Source of the DNA: Candidatus Kaiserbacteria bacterium
GTDB taxonomy: Bacteria > Patescibacteriota > Minisyncoccia > Phycocordibacterales > UBA918
Direction of reading: 5' to 3'
Assembly: GCA_016699245.1 (NCBI GenBank)
Contig: CP064968.1
Coordinates: forward strand, 640,317 to 704,316
DNA: 64,000 nucleotides
A program made the position numbers and the translations under genes. The notes beneath the pieces are model-generated. The model did no database searches. It was not told the DNA's origin and worked only from the letters and a program-made list of their open reading frames with translations. This document shows positions 1 to 11,564 of the stretch, in pieces (within the stretch, counting starts at the first letter, position 1; each line of letters begins with the position of its first letter).

Positions 1-32
1 GGTGTTCATGTTTCCCATAGCACTATTCTACA

Positions 33-1469
33 CTACGAAGCGATGTTGAGCGTCGTATCGTATGTGCGTTTCCCAAAATCAAAGAGTCGTTCATCGCCTG
101 CATGGGGTGCGATGTATTGAATACCCACTGGAAGTGCGACGCCATCACGCACAACCGTGCCTCCGGGGATAGAAATTGCAGGTACACCAATAAGATTTAT
201 GGGTACCGTGAAAATATCTGCAAGATACATAGAGAGCGGGTCGCTCTTTTCACCAATTTTGAAGGCTGGTGTTGGTGCGGTAGGAGTTATAATGAGGTCA
301 ACACTTTCATATGCCTTTCCGATTTCCTCACGCATCATCACGCGCACATGCTCTGCCTTGCCGTAATACGCATCGTAGTAGCCGGCTGAAAGTACGTAGG
401 TGCCAAGGAGAATACGGCGCTTTACCTCGGCACCAAATCCTGCTGCGCGAGTCTGCATATAGTCTTCAAGCAAATCCTTTCCCTCCACGCGAAGCCCGAA
501 GCGCATACCATCGTACCGTGCAAGATTCGAAGAAACTTCTGCCGGCATCACAATGTAGTACGCGGCAAGTCCCTTCTTCATAAGTGGAAGTGACACGTCC
601 ACTATCTCATGACCTGCTTTGGTGAGTTTTTCTACATTTTCATTAAAAAGTGCGAGCACGTCTGCATCCATTCCCTCTCCAAGGAAGTCCCGCGGAACAC
701 CAATACGATACTTTTCTTTAAGAGGGACTACGGGGAATGTGTCCTCATCTATCGTTGTTGCGTCATACCTATCCTTGCCATGGAGTACATTAAAAAGAAT
801 CTCGGCATCACCTACAGAATTAGTAAAAGTGCCAGCCTGATCAAGAGAAGAACCCATGGCAATAAGTCCATGTCGGGAAATACGACCGTATGTGGGTTTG
901 AATCCTACATTCCCACAGAAACTCGCAGGAAGACGCACGGAGCCACCCGTATCGGTGCCGAGTGCTGCCACGGCCGCGCCCATGGCGACTGCCGCACCAG
1001 AACCACCAGAAGAACCACCAGGAACACGACTGGGGTCGATAGGATTTTTCGTCATGCCAAAAGCAGAGTTTTCGGTCGAAGAACCCATCGCAAACTCATC
1101 GAGATTCGTTGCACCTACAAAGACTACTCCCTGTTCTCGCAAACGGTTAATAACGGTGGCGTCGTAGGGGGCGGTGTAGTGCTCAAGCATTTTTGATGCT
1201 GCGGTCGCACGCTTTCCCTTCATGAGAATATTGTTTTTGATTGCAAGTGGCTGACCAAGAAGTATAGGAGTATTCGCTCCCTCTTGGGCATAGCGTTCGG
1301 TTGCTTTTTGTGCGTCTTCACGTGCATCTTCATACACATCGAGGAATGCATGAATTTCTGGATCACGAGTATCAATAACCGCACGCATGTCGGTAAGCGC
1401 TTCTAGTGGTGTGTATGTGCCTGCAATAAATTGCTTGCGGAGGGCTGTAATAGTAGTCAACATAATCAT
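33..1469 (-). CDS. gatA: Glutamyl-tRNA(Gln)/Aspartyl-tRNA(Asn) amidotransferase subunit A (amidase family)
   Basis: 478 aa. Amidase signature GGSSGGSGAAVA with a Ser-cis-Ser-Lys context. Lies immediately downstream of a gatC-like ORF, with an overlapping start/stop. Confidence 0.9.
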   Translation of the reverse strand: MIMLTTITALRKQFIAGTYTPLEALTDMRAVIDTRDPEIHAFLDVYEDAREDAQKATERYAQEGANTPILLGQPLAIKNNILMKGKRATAASKMLEHYTAPYDATVINRLREQGVVFVGATNLDEFAMGSSTENSAFGMTKNPIDPSRVPGGSSGGSGAAVAMGAAVAALGTDTGGSVRLPASFCGNVGFKPTYGRISRHGLIAMGSSLDQAGTFTNSVGDAEILFNVLHGKDRYDATTIDEDTFPVVPLKEKYRIGVPRDFLGEGMDADVLALFNENVEKLTKAGHEIVDVSLPLMKKGLAAYYIVMPAEVSSNLARYDGMRFGLRVEGKDLLEDYMQTRAAGFGAEVKRRILLGTYVLSAGYYDAYYGKAEHVRVMMREEIGKAYESVDLIITPTAPTPAFKIGEKSDPLSMYLADIFTVPINLIGVPAISIPGGTVVRDGVALPVGIQYIAPHAGDERLFDFGKRTYDTTLNIAS

Positions 1470-1762
1470 TACGATTTATCACCGAGTATCTTCTGAACCT
1501 TCACATACCGACCATCACGCTCTGGTGCTTGCGATAAAATATCTTCTGTATACATATCGGGTGCATGAGGATTTTTGTCCTCGCGCATCACATTATAGAG
1601 AGCGCCTACTTTCTTTTCTCCAGCACCACTCCCGGTGATTGCCTCGATTTCGCTCACATAGCCTAAAATACTCGTAATATCCTTCGCAAGTGCATCGGTT
1701 TCTGTATCACTGAGCGCAATACGTGACAACTTTGCAAGATGTTCTATATCTTCTTTTTTCAT
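1469..1762 (-). CDS. gatC: Glu-tRNA(Gln) amidotransferase subunit C
   Basis: 97 aa. N-terminal MKKEDIEHLAKLSRIALSDTE is typical of GatC. Translationally coupled to gatA. Confidence 0.8.
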   Translation of the reverse strand: MKKEDIEHLAKLSRIALSDTETDALAKDITSILGYVSEIEAITGSGAGEKKVGALYNVMREDKNPHAPDMYTEDILSQAPERDGRYVKVQKILGDKS

Positions 1763-1834
1763 AATATATGTGGGCTATAGTAGCATCTGAGGCTTAAAGT
1801 TTCCAGAATACAAAACCACGACACTGTTTTTAAA

Positions 1835-3865
<2,031 letters not shown>

Positions 3866-3907
3866 CTATAGTAATATGAAAAGCATTCTTATGCATGTGT
3901 TGTCTAA

Positions 3908-3947
3908 AATCCCGTGGCAATTTTCCTCAGAAAATTGCCACGGGATT
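3908..3947. terminator. Perfect 17-bp inverted repeat (aatcccgtggcaatttt / aaaattgccacgggatt, 6-nt loop) between the end of the pilus operon and the ligA start
   Basis: Read directly from the sequence. Likely a terminator for the minus-strand pilus operon and/or an operator in the ligA promoter region. Confidence 0.4.
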
Positions 3948-3969
3948 ATCACCCCATCCATTTAGATAC

Positions 3970-4638
3970 CTAGTACACCAGAGTATACTCTCGCTCAACA
4001 GTACGCAGATTTGTTCCCGCATTAACTGTTGCACAATCTTGGTTGTACCCACGCGACTGCACAATCGTACATTCGCTGTTGGCAGTACACAAAATCGGAT
4101 TTCCAAGACCATCTACTCCACCAAAATCAATCCCATTGACTGAACGAATGAGGTTCATTGAATCGCTTTTATATTTGTACACACTCACATCCACACACAC
4201 AACAGGGTTTGTTCCCCAATCAAATTGAAAGTTTTGTTCTTCCCCACTTACAGAAAAACCGTCATTATCGCCAGCATAACTTGCCGTACCTGGTGTATTT
4301 GGTTTACCAACGACATTCACCGCTCCTCCATTCATACAGGTAAGTGTTGGTTGTGCAACTTGCTCAGACCCATTAGCACGTACCGCAAAAGTACTTGAGC
4401 CTGTTTTAGGATAATCATGATAGAGTGCACATTCCATACCGGCATTCGCCGCCTGAAAAGCAATCTCTGAAGAATATGCAATACCCGCTAGTTGATACTG
4501 CTTTAAACTAATATTAAGGAGTGAGGTGCTAATACCAAGCAATACGCCCACAAGAAGTAATGTTACAAGAAGTGTGACCCCTTCCTTTTTTTGAATGTAT
4601 TTCATCATATTAATTCCCATAGCGCTGGTAGTGGTCAT
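3970..4638 (-). CDS. PilX-like minor pilin / pilus-associated protein (N-terminal TM anchor, periplasmic domain)
   Basis: 222 aa. Hydrophobic N-terminus (VTLLVTLLLVGVLLGISTSLL) resembles the PilX N-terminal domain. Sits at the distal end of the minor-pilin block. Confidence 0.45.
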   Translation of the reverse strand: MTTTSAMGINMMKYIQKKEGVTLLVTLLLVGVLLGISTSLLNISLKQYQLAGIAYSSEIAFQAANAGMECALYHDYPKTGSSTFAVRANGSEQVAQPTLTCMNGGAVNVVGKPNTPGTASYAGDNDGFSVSGEEQNFQFDWGTNPVVCVDVSVYKYKSDSMNLIRSVNGIDFGGVDGLGNPILCTANSECTIVQSRGYNQDCATVNAGTNLRTVEREYTLVY

Positions 4639-5152
4639 ATATCCATGTCTGCAGTTTTACCTCTCGGTTAATATTTTTGCTTTTCCAGGTGACGCTCACT
4701 TCAACAGGCACTCCGCCGCCCACCGCTGTGCCTATAGTCACCGTACGTGTAAAAAGACTAGGAGACCCTGTAGTGTGTGAATACACACCATTACTATCAA
4801 CAAATAATTTACAATCATCAAGTACATCACATTTTATATATGGATTACTAGTATTCTCCCGTAAGAATTTGCACCCATATGGACCGTTACAATTAAGAAG
4901 AGTCAGCCAAGTGTCAGTATCCAAAGTACCATTCTGATACGCTTTTAGTGCTGCCTCATCACGCAACTCACGTATTCCTTCAATAGCTTCCTGTGCCAAA
5001 AAGACTGCGGTGACTTGGTTATTTGCAAAATATGCGTTTTGTACCCCCTTTTGGGCAATAGTCATGGGGCCTACAATCACCACAACAAGAATAGAGATTG
5101 CGACAAGTGTCTCTACCAGAGTGAAGCCTTTTGTATACGAAACATTATGCAT
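4610..5152 (-). CDS. Type IV minor pilin / pseudopilin (prepilin N-terminal cleavage-methylation motif)
   Basis: 180 aa. KGFTLVETLVAISILVV is a class III signal peptide (G|FTLVE). Confidence 0.6.
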   Translation of the reverse strand: MHNVSYTKGFTLVETLVAISILVVVIVGPMTIAQKGVQNAYFANNQVTAVFLAQEAIEGIRELRDEAALKAYQNGTLDTDTWLTLLNCNGPYGCKFLRENTSNPYIKCDVLDDCKLFVDSNGVYSHTTGSPSLFTRTVTIGTAVGGGVPVEVSVTWKSKNINREVKLQTWIYDHYQRYGN

Positions 5153-5157
5153 ATAAT

Positions 5158-5772
5158 TTATAGTATATCTAATCGACGCTGTACGATGTGAGTTTGAATA
5201 TTGAAATCAGTATCTGTATCGAGTCCGTTGTTCACATACCCCTTAAGTATGAAATCAATTGTTGGTTGTTTTGTGTTATTTCCACCACCACTATATGGAT
5301 CAGTATTTTTTACAACAAGTTTGAAGGTGCTAATAATCACATCGTTTGCGAGGAGATTCTTCCACGGGTCCCCTTCGATTTTTTGTTGTAGAATTGTACC
5401 CCATTGCAGACGATACCCTATACGTTTGCCATCGCGTTCACGATAAAATGCAATTGCATCCTTTCCGCCAGTACAATCATTAGAAGCAGGAGCTGGAAAA
5501 GGTTGGATAGCACTACTATCAGAAGTAAAGCAATTATAACTATATCCCATGCGCATCTCACGCGTCATACTATCGAGCCCAAAGGAGAGGTTGGTCATCG
5601 CGGTGTTAAGTGCCTGCGCTTTTGCATTAGCATCGATGAGTGTAATAAGTGTCCCCGTACTCACCACCATTACTATGGCAAACACTGACAGAGAAACCAT
5701 GAGTTCTATAAGTGAAAACCCTCCTCTTTCTTTATTTATATGATGTATATGAAATCTATGGTACATATTCAT
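5158..5772 (-). CDS. Type IV minor pilin (PilW-like)
   Basis: 204 aa. GGFSLIELMVSLSVFAIV is a prepilin-type N-terminus. Confidence 0.6.
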   Translation of the reverse strand: MNMYHRFHIHHINKERGGFSLIELMVSLSVFAIVMVVSTGTLITLIDANAKAQALNTAMTNLSFGLDSMTREMRMGYSYNCFTSDSSAIQPFPAPASNDCTGGKDAIAFYRERDGKRIGYRLQWGTILQQKIEGDPWKNLLANDVIISTFKLVVKNTDPYSGGGNNTKQPTIDFILKGYVNNGLDTDTDFNIQTHIVQRRLDIL

Positions 5773-6449
5773 TATGGTTGTTTTGATACTGTAATTTGAC
5801 CCAACTGTGACACAGTCACAAGAAATACGTTTGCAGTATTGTTGCTTGAGGTAACTTTAATGGTGACGTCTGAAATAGCTTCGTCCTGCGCTGGTGTAAA
5901 GTTCACACCTGAAGAGTTCCGCCCATGAAAGAGCGCCTTAAACTCGGGACGGCGGAATGAAATATCAATACCTGATGGCGTACAATCGTTTCCAGGATTA
6001 ACACACACATCACTCACATAGATGGAACGATCAAGTGTTGATGTTCCGAGAATAGTCGCAACATCAGGGTCGCTGTCTGCTATATCATTATAAGGTGGTA
6101 GTGAAGAATCCCGAAATTGAAATGCAAGATAGGTCTTACTTGCAGTTGTTGGTGTACTGCCTGGAGCTGGAGTAACACTCACGCCACGTGGATAATCAAA
6201 TCCTGCAGTACTTCTCACAGCGCTTATAGACTTTACCTGTGCCTCACGGATGGTGAGCGCTATCTCGTATGCAGCACCCTTCAGGAGGGTCGTGCTATCA
6301 AACGCCTTATATTTTACCGTCACCAATGCGGTCAAAACACCGATAATCGCAACCGAAATGAGGAGTTCAATAAGCGTAAAGCCACGTCGTTTGTACGTAG
6401 TGTACTTATTCAAAGAAAATGGTGTGAGTAAGGGTGAAGATATCTGCAT
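5772..6449 (-). CDS. Type IV minor pilin (prepilin-type N-terminus)
   Basis: 225 aa. KRRGFTLIELLISVAIIGVLTAL is a class III signal. Confidence 0.6.
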   Translation of the reverse strand: MQISSPLLTPFSLNKYTTYKRRGFTLIELLISVAIIGVLTALVTVKYKAFDSTTLLKGAAYEIALTIREAQVKSISAVRSTAGFDYPRGVSVTPAPGSTPTTASKTYLAFQFRDSSLPPYNDIADSDPDVATILGTSTLDRSIYVSDVCVNPGNDCTPSGIDISFRRPEFKALFHGRNSSGVNFTPAQDEAISDVTIKVTSSNNTANVFLVTVSQLGQITVSKQP

Positions 6450-7227
6450 GGAAAAGGTGTACTAAAAGAAATCCTGCGATGAAGAATGGCGCAAAGGGTA
6501 CTTCACTCTTAATTGTAAGCGATGATGAAAGAAAGTGTAAGCGTATTTTTCCCCTTTTTGTGAGCCGTTCAAGACCGAGTAATGAGAGGCTTACAACTGC
6601 GCCAATCCAAAATGAAAACACCACCATTGAAAAGACCCCTTCAAGCCCCACAAGAAAGCCAAATGGAAGCGAAAGTTTCACATCTCCAAACCCAATCCAC
6701 CTCCCCTTCGAGACGAACCACAATGCCCAAAAAAAGAATGCTACGGATAGACTTGCAACAACGTGTCCAAAAATAAATAATGCGTCCTCTTCCTGGCTGA
6801 CTCCATAACCGAGAAATATCGCAGCAATACCAGCCACAAGTAGTGTGAGTTCATTCGGAATAATCATATGTCGCATGTCATACACAAGCATCACTACACA
6901 AGCTGATACTAAAACCAAATTGAGTGCAAGGAGTACCACATCAAAAGCATAGGTATGCCATACAAGGAGAAACAGGATTCCAGTAAGTATTTCCACCATA
7001 AGATAACGCGAGGGAATATACGCATTACATCCCTTGCACGCCCCACGGAGCGAAAGGTAAGAAAACACGGGAAGCAATTCATACCATGAGAGCATCTTCC
7101 CACACGACATACAGTGTGACCGCCCATTAAGCGACCGCCCCGTATGCAAACGATAAATCACCACATTCAGAAAACTCCCAATAATAGCCCCAAACCCAAA
7201 AAAGAATACGTACCAGTACAATGCCAT
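6406..7227 (-). CDS. pilD: Prepilin peptidase (A24 family) PilD
   Basis: 273 aa, polytopic membrane protein. N-terminal CxxC...CxxC zinc motif (CMSCGKML...CKGCNAYI) and the conserved aspartyl peptidase core. Confidence 0.85.
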   Translation of the reverse strand: MALYWYVFFFGFGAIIGSFLNVVIYRLHTGRSLNGRSHCMSCGKMLSWYELLPVFSYLSLRGACKGCNAYIPSRYLMVEILTGILFLLVWHTYAFDVVLLALNLVLVSACVVMLVYDMRHMIIPNELTLLVAGIAAIFLGYGVSQEEDALFIFGHVVASLSVAFFFWALWFVSKGRWIGFGDVKLSLPFGFLVGLEGVFSMVVFSFWIGAVVSLSLLGLERLTKRGKIRLHFLSSSLTIKSEVPFAPFFIAGFLLVHLFHADIFTLTHTIFFE

Positions 7228-7229
7228 AC

Positions 7230-7934
7230 CTATATCATATCCTGTACACCGCCAGATTTCCCTAGGGTTCCCCTAGGGAAATCACTAAACCAATCGGTCA
7301 GTTCCTTTAGCACTACTTGTTTCTTATTGAAAATCTCGCCAAAAAGATCTTTATCAATAACAGTGCTTTCTTTTCTCATTATCTCTGATGCACCTATATA
7401 ATCAGACAGACTTGAGTATTTATAGGAAAACAAATAGTCGATTGTTTTTTGTTCATTCTTTACTCCATCAATCTTCCAATTCTTATCAATGAGTTTAACC
7501 GGATTTAAATGAATATATGCAAAAAGATATCTAAAGTAACGATCATCACATACAAATTCTGATTTATATGGACCTTCAAATAGAGTCCCTGTTCTATTAT
7601 TTTTTTTATTAAAATACATGGAATATGCAGTGCTGAGTTTCAGCATGAATTTACTTATTCCATCATCTTCTAGCGGGGTAAGTAAAATGTGAAAATGGTT
7701 TGGCATAAGACAATATGCAAGTATATTCACCAACTGCCTTTCTCGATCAACATCAAATACATTTTGTGCACCCAGGTCACGCACATTGAATGAATGAATG
7801 CTATTCGAGAGAAAAAGAAGTTTTACAAACCGTTCATAATCCTGTGGGACAAGAAAAACCTTTTGCTTACTATTACCGCGATTATATATGTGGTAATACT
7901 CGTTTTGGACAAATGATACACCTCGCGTACTCAT
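7230..7934 (-). CDS. REP-associated tyrosine transposase (RAYT; IS200/Y1 HUH transposase-like)
   Basis: 234 aa. N-terminal YHIYNRGN, HUH motif HFHILL and catalytic-Tyr motif YIHLNPVK. Flanked by REP-like palindromes. The 3' end of the ORF reads through a REP hairpin, so the true stop may lie earlier. Confidence 0.7.
   Translation of the reverse strand: MSTRGVSFVQNEYYHIYNRGNSKQKVFLVPQDYERFVKLLFLSNSIHSFNVRDLGAQNVFDVDRERQLVNILAYCLMPNHFHILLTPLEDDGISKFMLKLSTAYSMYFNKKNNRTGTLFEGPYKSEFVCDDRYFRYLFAYIHLNPVKLIDKNWKIDGVKNEQKTIDYLFSYKYSSLSDYIGASEIMRKESTVIDKDLFGEIFNKKQVVLKELTDWFSDFPRGTLGKSGGVQDMI
7255..7283. repeat. REP-like hairpin (gatttccctaggg-ttc-ccctagggaaatc), 13-bp stem
   Basis: Seen in the sequence, at the 3' end of the RAYT gene. 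Confidence 0.7.
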
Positions 7935-7962
7935 ATAATTTTATTAATTATATGACAACCCA

Positions 7963-8033
7963 TCAAATCTCCCTAGGGTTCCCCTAGGGATTACACAACC
8001 CTTCGAATTTCCCTAGGGGAACCCTAGGGATTA
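7963..8033. repeat. Two REP-like palindromes in opposite orientation (tccctagggttcccctaggga / tccctaggggaaccctaggga), a BIME-like arrangement; partial third copy at 8097-8108
   Basis: Seen in the sequence, immediately upstream of the RAYT gene. Confidence 0.7.
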
Positions 8034-8049
8034 CATCGGGATTAGAAGA

Positions 8050-8083
8050 GAAAAACAACCTGAGGGGGCTCAGGTTGTTTTTG
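8050..8083. terminator. Rho-independent terminator (11-bp stem aacaacctgag/ctcaggttgtt, T-tracts on both sides); terminates the major pilin transcript
   Basis: Hairpin plus T-run, 80 nt downstream of the pilA stop on the minus strand. Confidence 0.6.
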
Positions 8084-8166
8084 AATCTTCCTAGGGGAAG
8101 GTTAGAGATTATTAGTAGGAATTAGCTAGAAATAAGTATCTTAAGTGAGTAAAAAATAAATTGATA

Positions 8167-8595
8167 TTAAGGACAGATAAATGTTGTATCATCTCCAGCC
8201 GTCACTGCTGCAGGAGCAGCGCCCTGTCCTGCCTTACCGGCACTGTCTGCACAATAGAAGTTGCTTGCCGGAGGAGCTATCAAAGGAGTACTCATACGCC
8301 ATGCCTGTCCGCTCGTTGCGATTTCACAGGTGAGTGTACCACCTTCAGCTGCAACCGCTGCAATAATGTCTAATAATTTCTGAGTCCCACAAGCTCCAGT
8401 GTATGTATTACCGTCTGAGTACAAGAGTTCCATTTGAGCACGCGCGTTATTGACGTCTGACATCATTGCTGCATTTGAACCTTTATCTTGTGCGGTATTG
8501 AGTGATGCGAGCACCACTGATGCGAGGATACCGATGATAGCGATAACCACGAGGAGCTCAATGAGTGTGAAGCCGCGGGTAAATGTTTTTTTCAT
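8167..8595 (-). CDS. pilA: Type IV major pilin (PilA paralog 1)
   Basis: 142 aa. KRGFTLIELLVVIAIIGILASVVLASLNTA is a canonical type IVa pilin N-terminus with a C-terminal Cys pair. Confidence 0.85.
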   Translation of the reverse strand: MKKTFTRGFTLIELLVVIAIIGILASVVLASLNTAQDKGSNAAMMSDVNNARAQMELLYSDGNTYTGACGTQKLLDIIAAVAAEGGTLTCEIATSGQAWRMSTPLIAPPASNFYCADSAGKAGQGAAPAAVTAGDDTTFICP

Positions 8596-8636
8596 AGTAG
8601 AAATTTAATTGAAATAAGTGCCAAAACAAATAATAT

Positions 8637-9128
8637 TTATGGGCAGACTGTAGCATTAGATGCAAGAAGATTTGCTGTCGCTTTCGAAGCTCCTGTACTA
8701 TCTACACACCATGTAAGAGGGGCTCCTGATGTCGATCCCTTCAGAGGAACCTGGGCTGCCCAAGCTGATCGTACCCCACCGCTGTTTGTAATATCATGAC
8801 ATTGTGCTGTAGTGTACGTAGCAGGAGTACCAATAGCAAAAGCGGTTGATTGTCCACCCTTATATTTGTTTTCAGCATCATGAATCATGTTACCAATCGT
8901 TCCTGCTCCTGATCCACAAACACCAAAGAAATTTCTGGAATTTGATACGTAAAAAACTTGTGCTTGTGCGACGGCATTTTTAAGATTGGATTTTATTGCG
9001 GCGTCTGCACCTTTATCTCGAGCGGTATTGAGTGATGCGAGCACCACTGATGCGAGGATACCGATGATAGCGATAACCACGAGGAGCTCAATGAGTGTGA
9101 AACCTCGTTTGAATGTTTGTTTCATCAT
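8637..9128 (-). CDS. pilA: Type IV major pilin (PilA paralog 2)
   Basis: 163 aa. The N-terminal ~30 aa are identical to paralog 1 (about 80-90 nt of identical DNA). The C-terminal domain diverges and carries a Cys pair. Confidence 0.85.
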   Translation of the reverse strand: MMKQTFKRGFTLIELLVVIAIIGILASVVLASLNTARDKGADAAIKSNLKNAVAQAQVFYVSNSRNFFGVCGSGAGTIGNMIHDAENKYKGGQSTAFAIGTPATYTTAQCHDITNSGGVRSAWAAQVPLKGSTSGAPLTWCVDSTGASKATANLLASNATVCP

Positions 9129-9275
9129 AAAAAATTATAAATAAGTAATATATTACTCCACGTAGTGTGGTTGCTATAATTATACGGTGTTTCTATATAT
9201 TTAATTGTTGGAGTGTGGACAAGAAAACCCCTCGGGCGCGCGGAGCGCGCCCGAGGGGTTTTCACTATGGCTATT

Positions 9276-10484
9276 TTAAATGGCGCCGGTGAGGTTGTAG
9301 ATAGGCATAAGTACCGACGCAAGGAGTACCCCTACCCCGAGGCCGAGGAGTACAATCATGGCTGGCTCAATAAGACCAATGAGCGTGTCTACCGAGTTAT
9401 TTACCTCACGACGATAAAAGACGGCGAGTGTACTCAAGATATCCCCAAGTTTACCTGTTTCTTCTCCTACCTTACTCATCTGTGCAAGTACGCCAGGAAT
9501 TTCTCTGTATTCAGAGATAGAATCAGCAAAAGACTTACCTGCCTTTACATCAGCAAGCGTAGTTTCGATAATTTCGCGATACACTTCGTTTTCTACGACG
9601 TCACTTGTTACCTCAAGTGCTTGCACCATAGAGATACCACTTGTAAGCATTGTGGAGAGGTTGTCACAAATACGAGTGAGGAAAAGTTTTTCATACAAGG
9701 ATCCGAGGAATGGGATAGAGAGTTTGAGTTCATCAAGCATACGCTTCCCTGCTACTGTTTTTTTGAACTGGTAAAAGAACACCCCCGCACCCGCTATAAG
9801 CAGAATAATCAAAGGAAAGAAATTACGCACAAAGTCAGAGAGCGCAATAACTATTTTTGTATAAATAGGAAGTTCTTGTCCTGAATCTATGAGAATCTTA
9901 CTCACACTTGGAATCACCAAGGTAAGCATGAGGAGCATCACGGCAACAAATACAGAAATAACAAATGCAGGATAGATGAGTGCATTGCGGGCCTTTGACA
10001 CCACTTGGTACATACGGTCGAGATAGTCGGCAAGGTACATGAAAGTCTTTTCGAGCGTTCCTGACTCTTCTCCTGACTTCACCATACTGATATAAAATGG
10101 CGAAAATACGTCAGGGTGTCGTGCGAGGGCGTTTGAGATTGAGCTTCCTCCCTGTAGATTATCGCTAATGTCATTCAGGATATTTTGCATCATTTTGTTA
10201 CTCGATTCAGCAGCGAGAAGACGAAAGATACGTAGCGCAGAAACCTGGGCTTCAAAAAGCGTTGCAATTTGTCGTGAAAAAATAACAATCTCCTTGTTGG
10301 TCACTCGCTGAAACCAAGTGATTTCAAAATTAAATGCAGTATCGCTTTTTTTAACCTCATCAATTGAAATAATGGTGTACCCACGCCCTTCCACGGTTTC
10401 AATCGCTGCCTGAATATTCTGAGCATCCACCGTTCCATCACGAGGAGTACTTTCTTTATCAACTGCAGTATACGTAAATAACAT
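9276..10484 (-). CDS. pilC: Type IV pilus platform protein PilC (GspF family)
   Basis: 402 aa. Two GspF-like repeats and three TM segments. Confidence 0.85.
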   Translation of the reverse strand: MLFTYTAVDKESTPRDGTVDAQNIQAAIETVEGRGYTIISIDEVKKSDTAFNFEITWFQRVTNKEIVIFSRQIATLFEAQVSALRIFRLLAAESSNKMMQNILNDISDNLQGGSSISNALARHPDVFSPFYISMVKSGEESGTLEKTFMYLADYLDRMYQVVSKARNALIYPAFVISVFVAVMLLMLTLVIPSVSKILIDSGQELPIYTKIVIALSDFVRNFFPLIILLIAGAGVFFYQFKKTVAGKRMLDELKLSIPFLGSLYEKLFLTRICDNLSTMLTSGISMVQALEVTSDVVENEVYREIIETTLADVKAGKSFADSISEYREIPGVLAQMSKVGEETGKLGDILSTLAVFYRREVNNSVDTLIGLIEPAMIVLLGLGVGVLLASVLMPIYNLTGAI

Positions 10485-10488
10485 AGAA

Positions 10489-11559
10489 TTACATTAAACG
10501 CTCAAGACCTTTTGGATTGACTGAATACGCAAATGCGTTCTCCACCGTAATTTCACCTTTTCGTACGAGCTCTACGAGCGAGCGATTCATGTCAATCATG
10601 CCAAGTTCCATTCCTGTCTCAATGACAGTTTGAATTTCATGAGTACGCTTTTCGCGAATAAGATTGGCGACAGCAGAATTGTTGATGAGGAGCTCATATG
10701 CAGGAATGAGTCCTCCCGAAATACGCGGAATGAGTCGCTGTGAAAAGATAGCGGTAAGCGAACCGGAAAGTTGCACTCGGATTTGGTCTTGCTGACCTGC
10801 CGGGAAGGTGTCGATGATACGGTCGATAGTCTGGGCGGCATTATTGGTGTGCAGGGTGGAAAGCACGAGGTGACCTGTTTCAGCTGCAGTCACCGCGGTA
10901 GAAATAGTCTCCCTTCCACGCATCTCACCCACCATGATGACGTCAACGTCCTGACGAAACGCGGAATGGAGACCTGTATGGAAGTCGGCAGTATCAACGC
11001 GTACTTCACGCTGGTCGATAAGTGACTTTTTTGCCTCAAAAATGTATTCAATCGGATCTTCGATGGTGACAATATGCTCTGAACGGGTGGTATTGATGAG
11101 TTCTACCATGGCAGCAAGCGTGGTGGATTTACCCTGCCCTACCGGCCCTACACAGAGAAAGAATCCTTGTGGACGTTGGGTAAACGATGCGAGCACCGGA
11201 GGCAGTGCAAGTTGTTCAAAGTTGCGTACAAAACTTGGAATATGGCGAAGTGCCAGTGATACCGCACCGCGTTGAAAAAATCCATTACCGCGAAAACGTA
11301 TCCCACCATGTGCAGCAAAAGAAAAGTCTATTTCTCGTGTTTCAAGAAATTTTGTCTCTTGCTCTTTCGTAAGGAGTGTCTCAATAAAACCAGCGACGTC
11401 TTTGTTGGTCAAAACAGGTTTTTTAATAAGAGGAATGAGCGAACCATCAACACGAATGATAGGATGTGAACCCACAGAGAGGTGGATGTCAGAACCATGT
11501 TCTGATGACACAATATCAATGAGGTCATCAAGCTCTCTTTTATAATCAACGGTTGACAT
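10489..11559 (-). CDS. pilT: Twitching-motility retraction ATPase PilT
   Basis: 356 aa. Walker A GPVGQGKSTT, the Asp and His boxes and a length typical of PilT. Confidence 0.8.
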   Translation of the reverse strand: MSTVDYKRELDDLIDIVSSEHGSDIHLSVGSHPIIRVDGSLIPLIKKPVLTNKDVAGFIETLLTKEQETKFLETREIDFSFAAHGGIRFRGNGFFQRGAVSLALRHIPSFVRNFEQLALPPVLASFTQRPQGFFLCVGPVGQGKSTTLAAMVELINTTRSEHIVTIEDPIEYIFEAKKSLIDQREVRVDTADFHTGLHSAFRQDVDVIMVGEMRGRETISTAVTAAETGHLVLSTLHTNNAAQTIDRIIDTFPAGQQDQIRVQLSGSLTAIFSQRLIPRISGGLIPAYELLINNSAVANLIREKRTHEIQTVIETGMELGMIDMNRSLVELVRKGEITVENAFAYSVNPKGLERLM

Positions 11560-11564
11560 AATAC

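Noticed and set aside
609-1196. 195-aa plus-strand ORF inside gatA
   Set aside because: Antisense to gatA. Gly/Arg-rich shadow translation.
7255-8110. Repeated ccctaggg palindromes considered as a possible CRISPR array
   Set aside because: Only about three copies in mixed orientation with irregular spacing, no cas genes, and directly flanking a RAYT-like gene. REP/BIME elements fit better.
9213-9884. 223-aa plus-strand ORF
   Set aside because: Entirely antisense to the well-supported pilC gene. No motifs and a low-complexity translation, so spurious.
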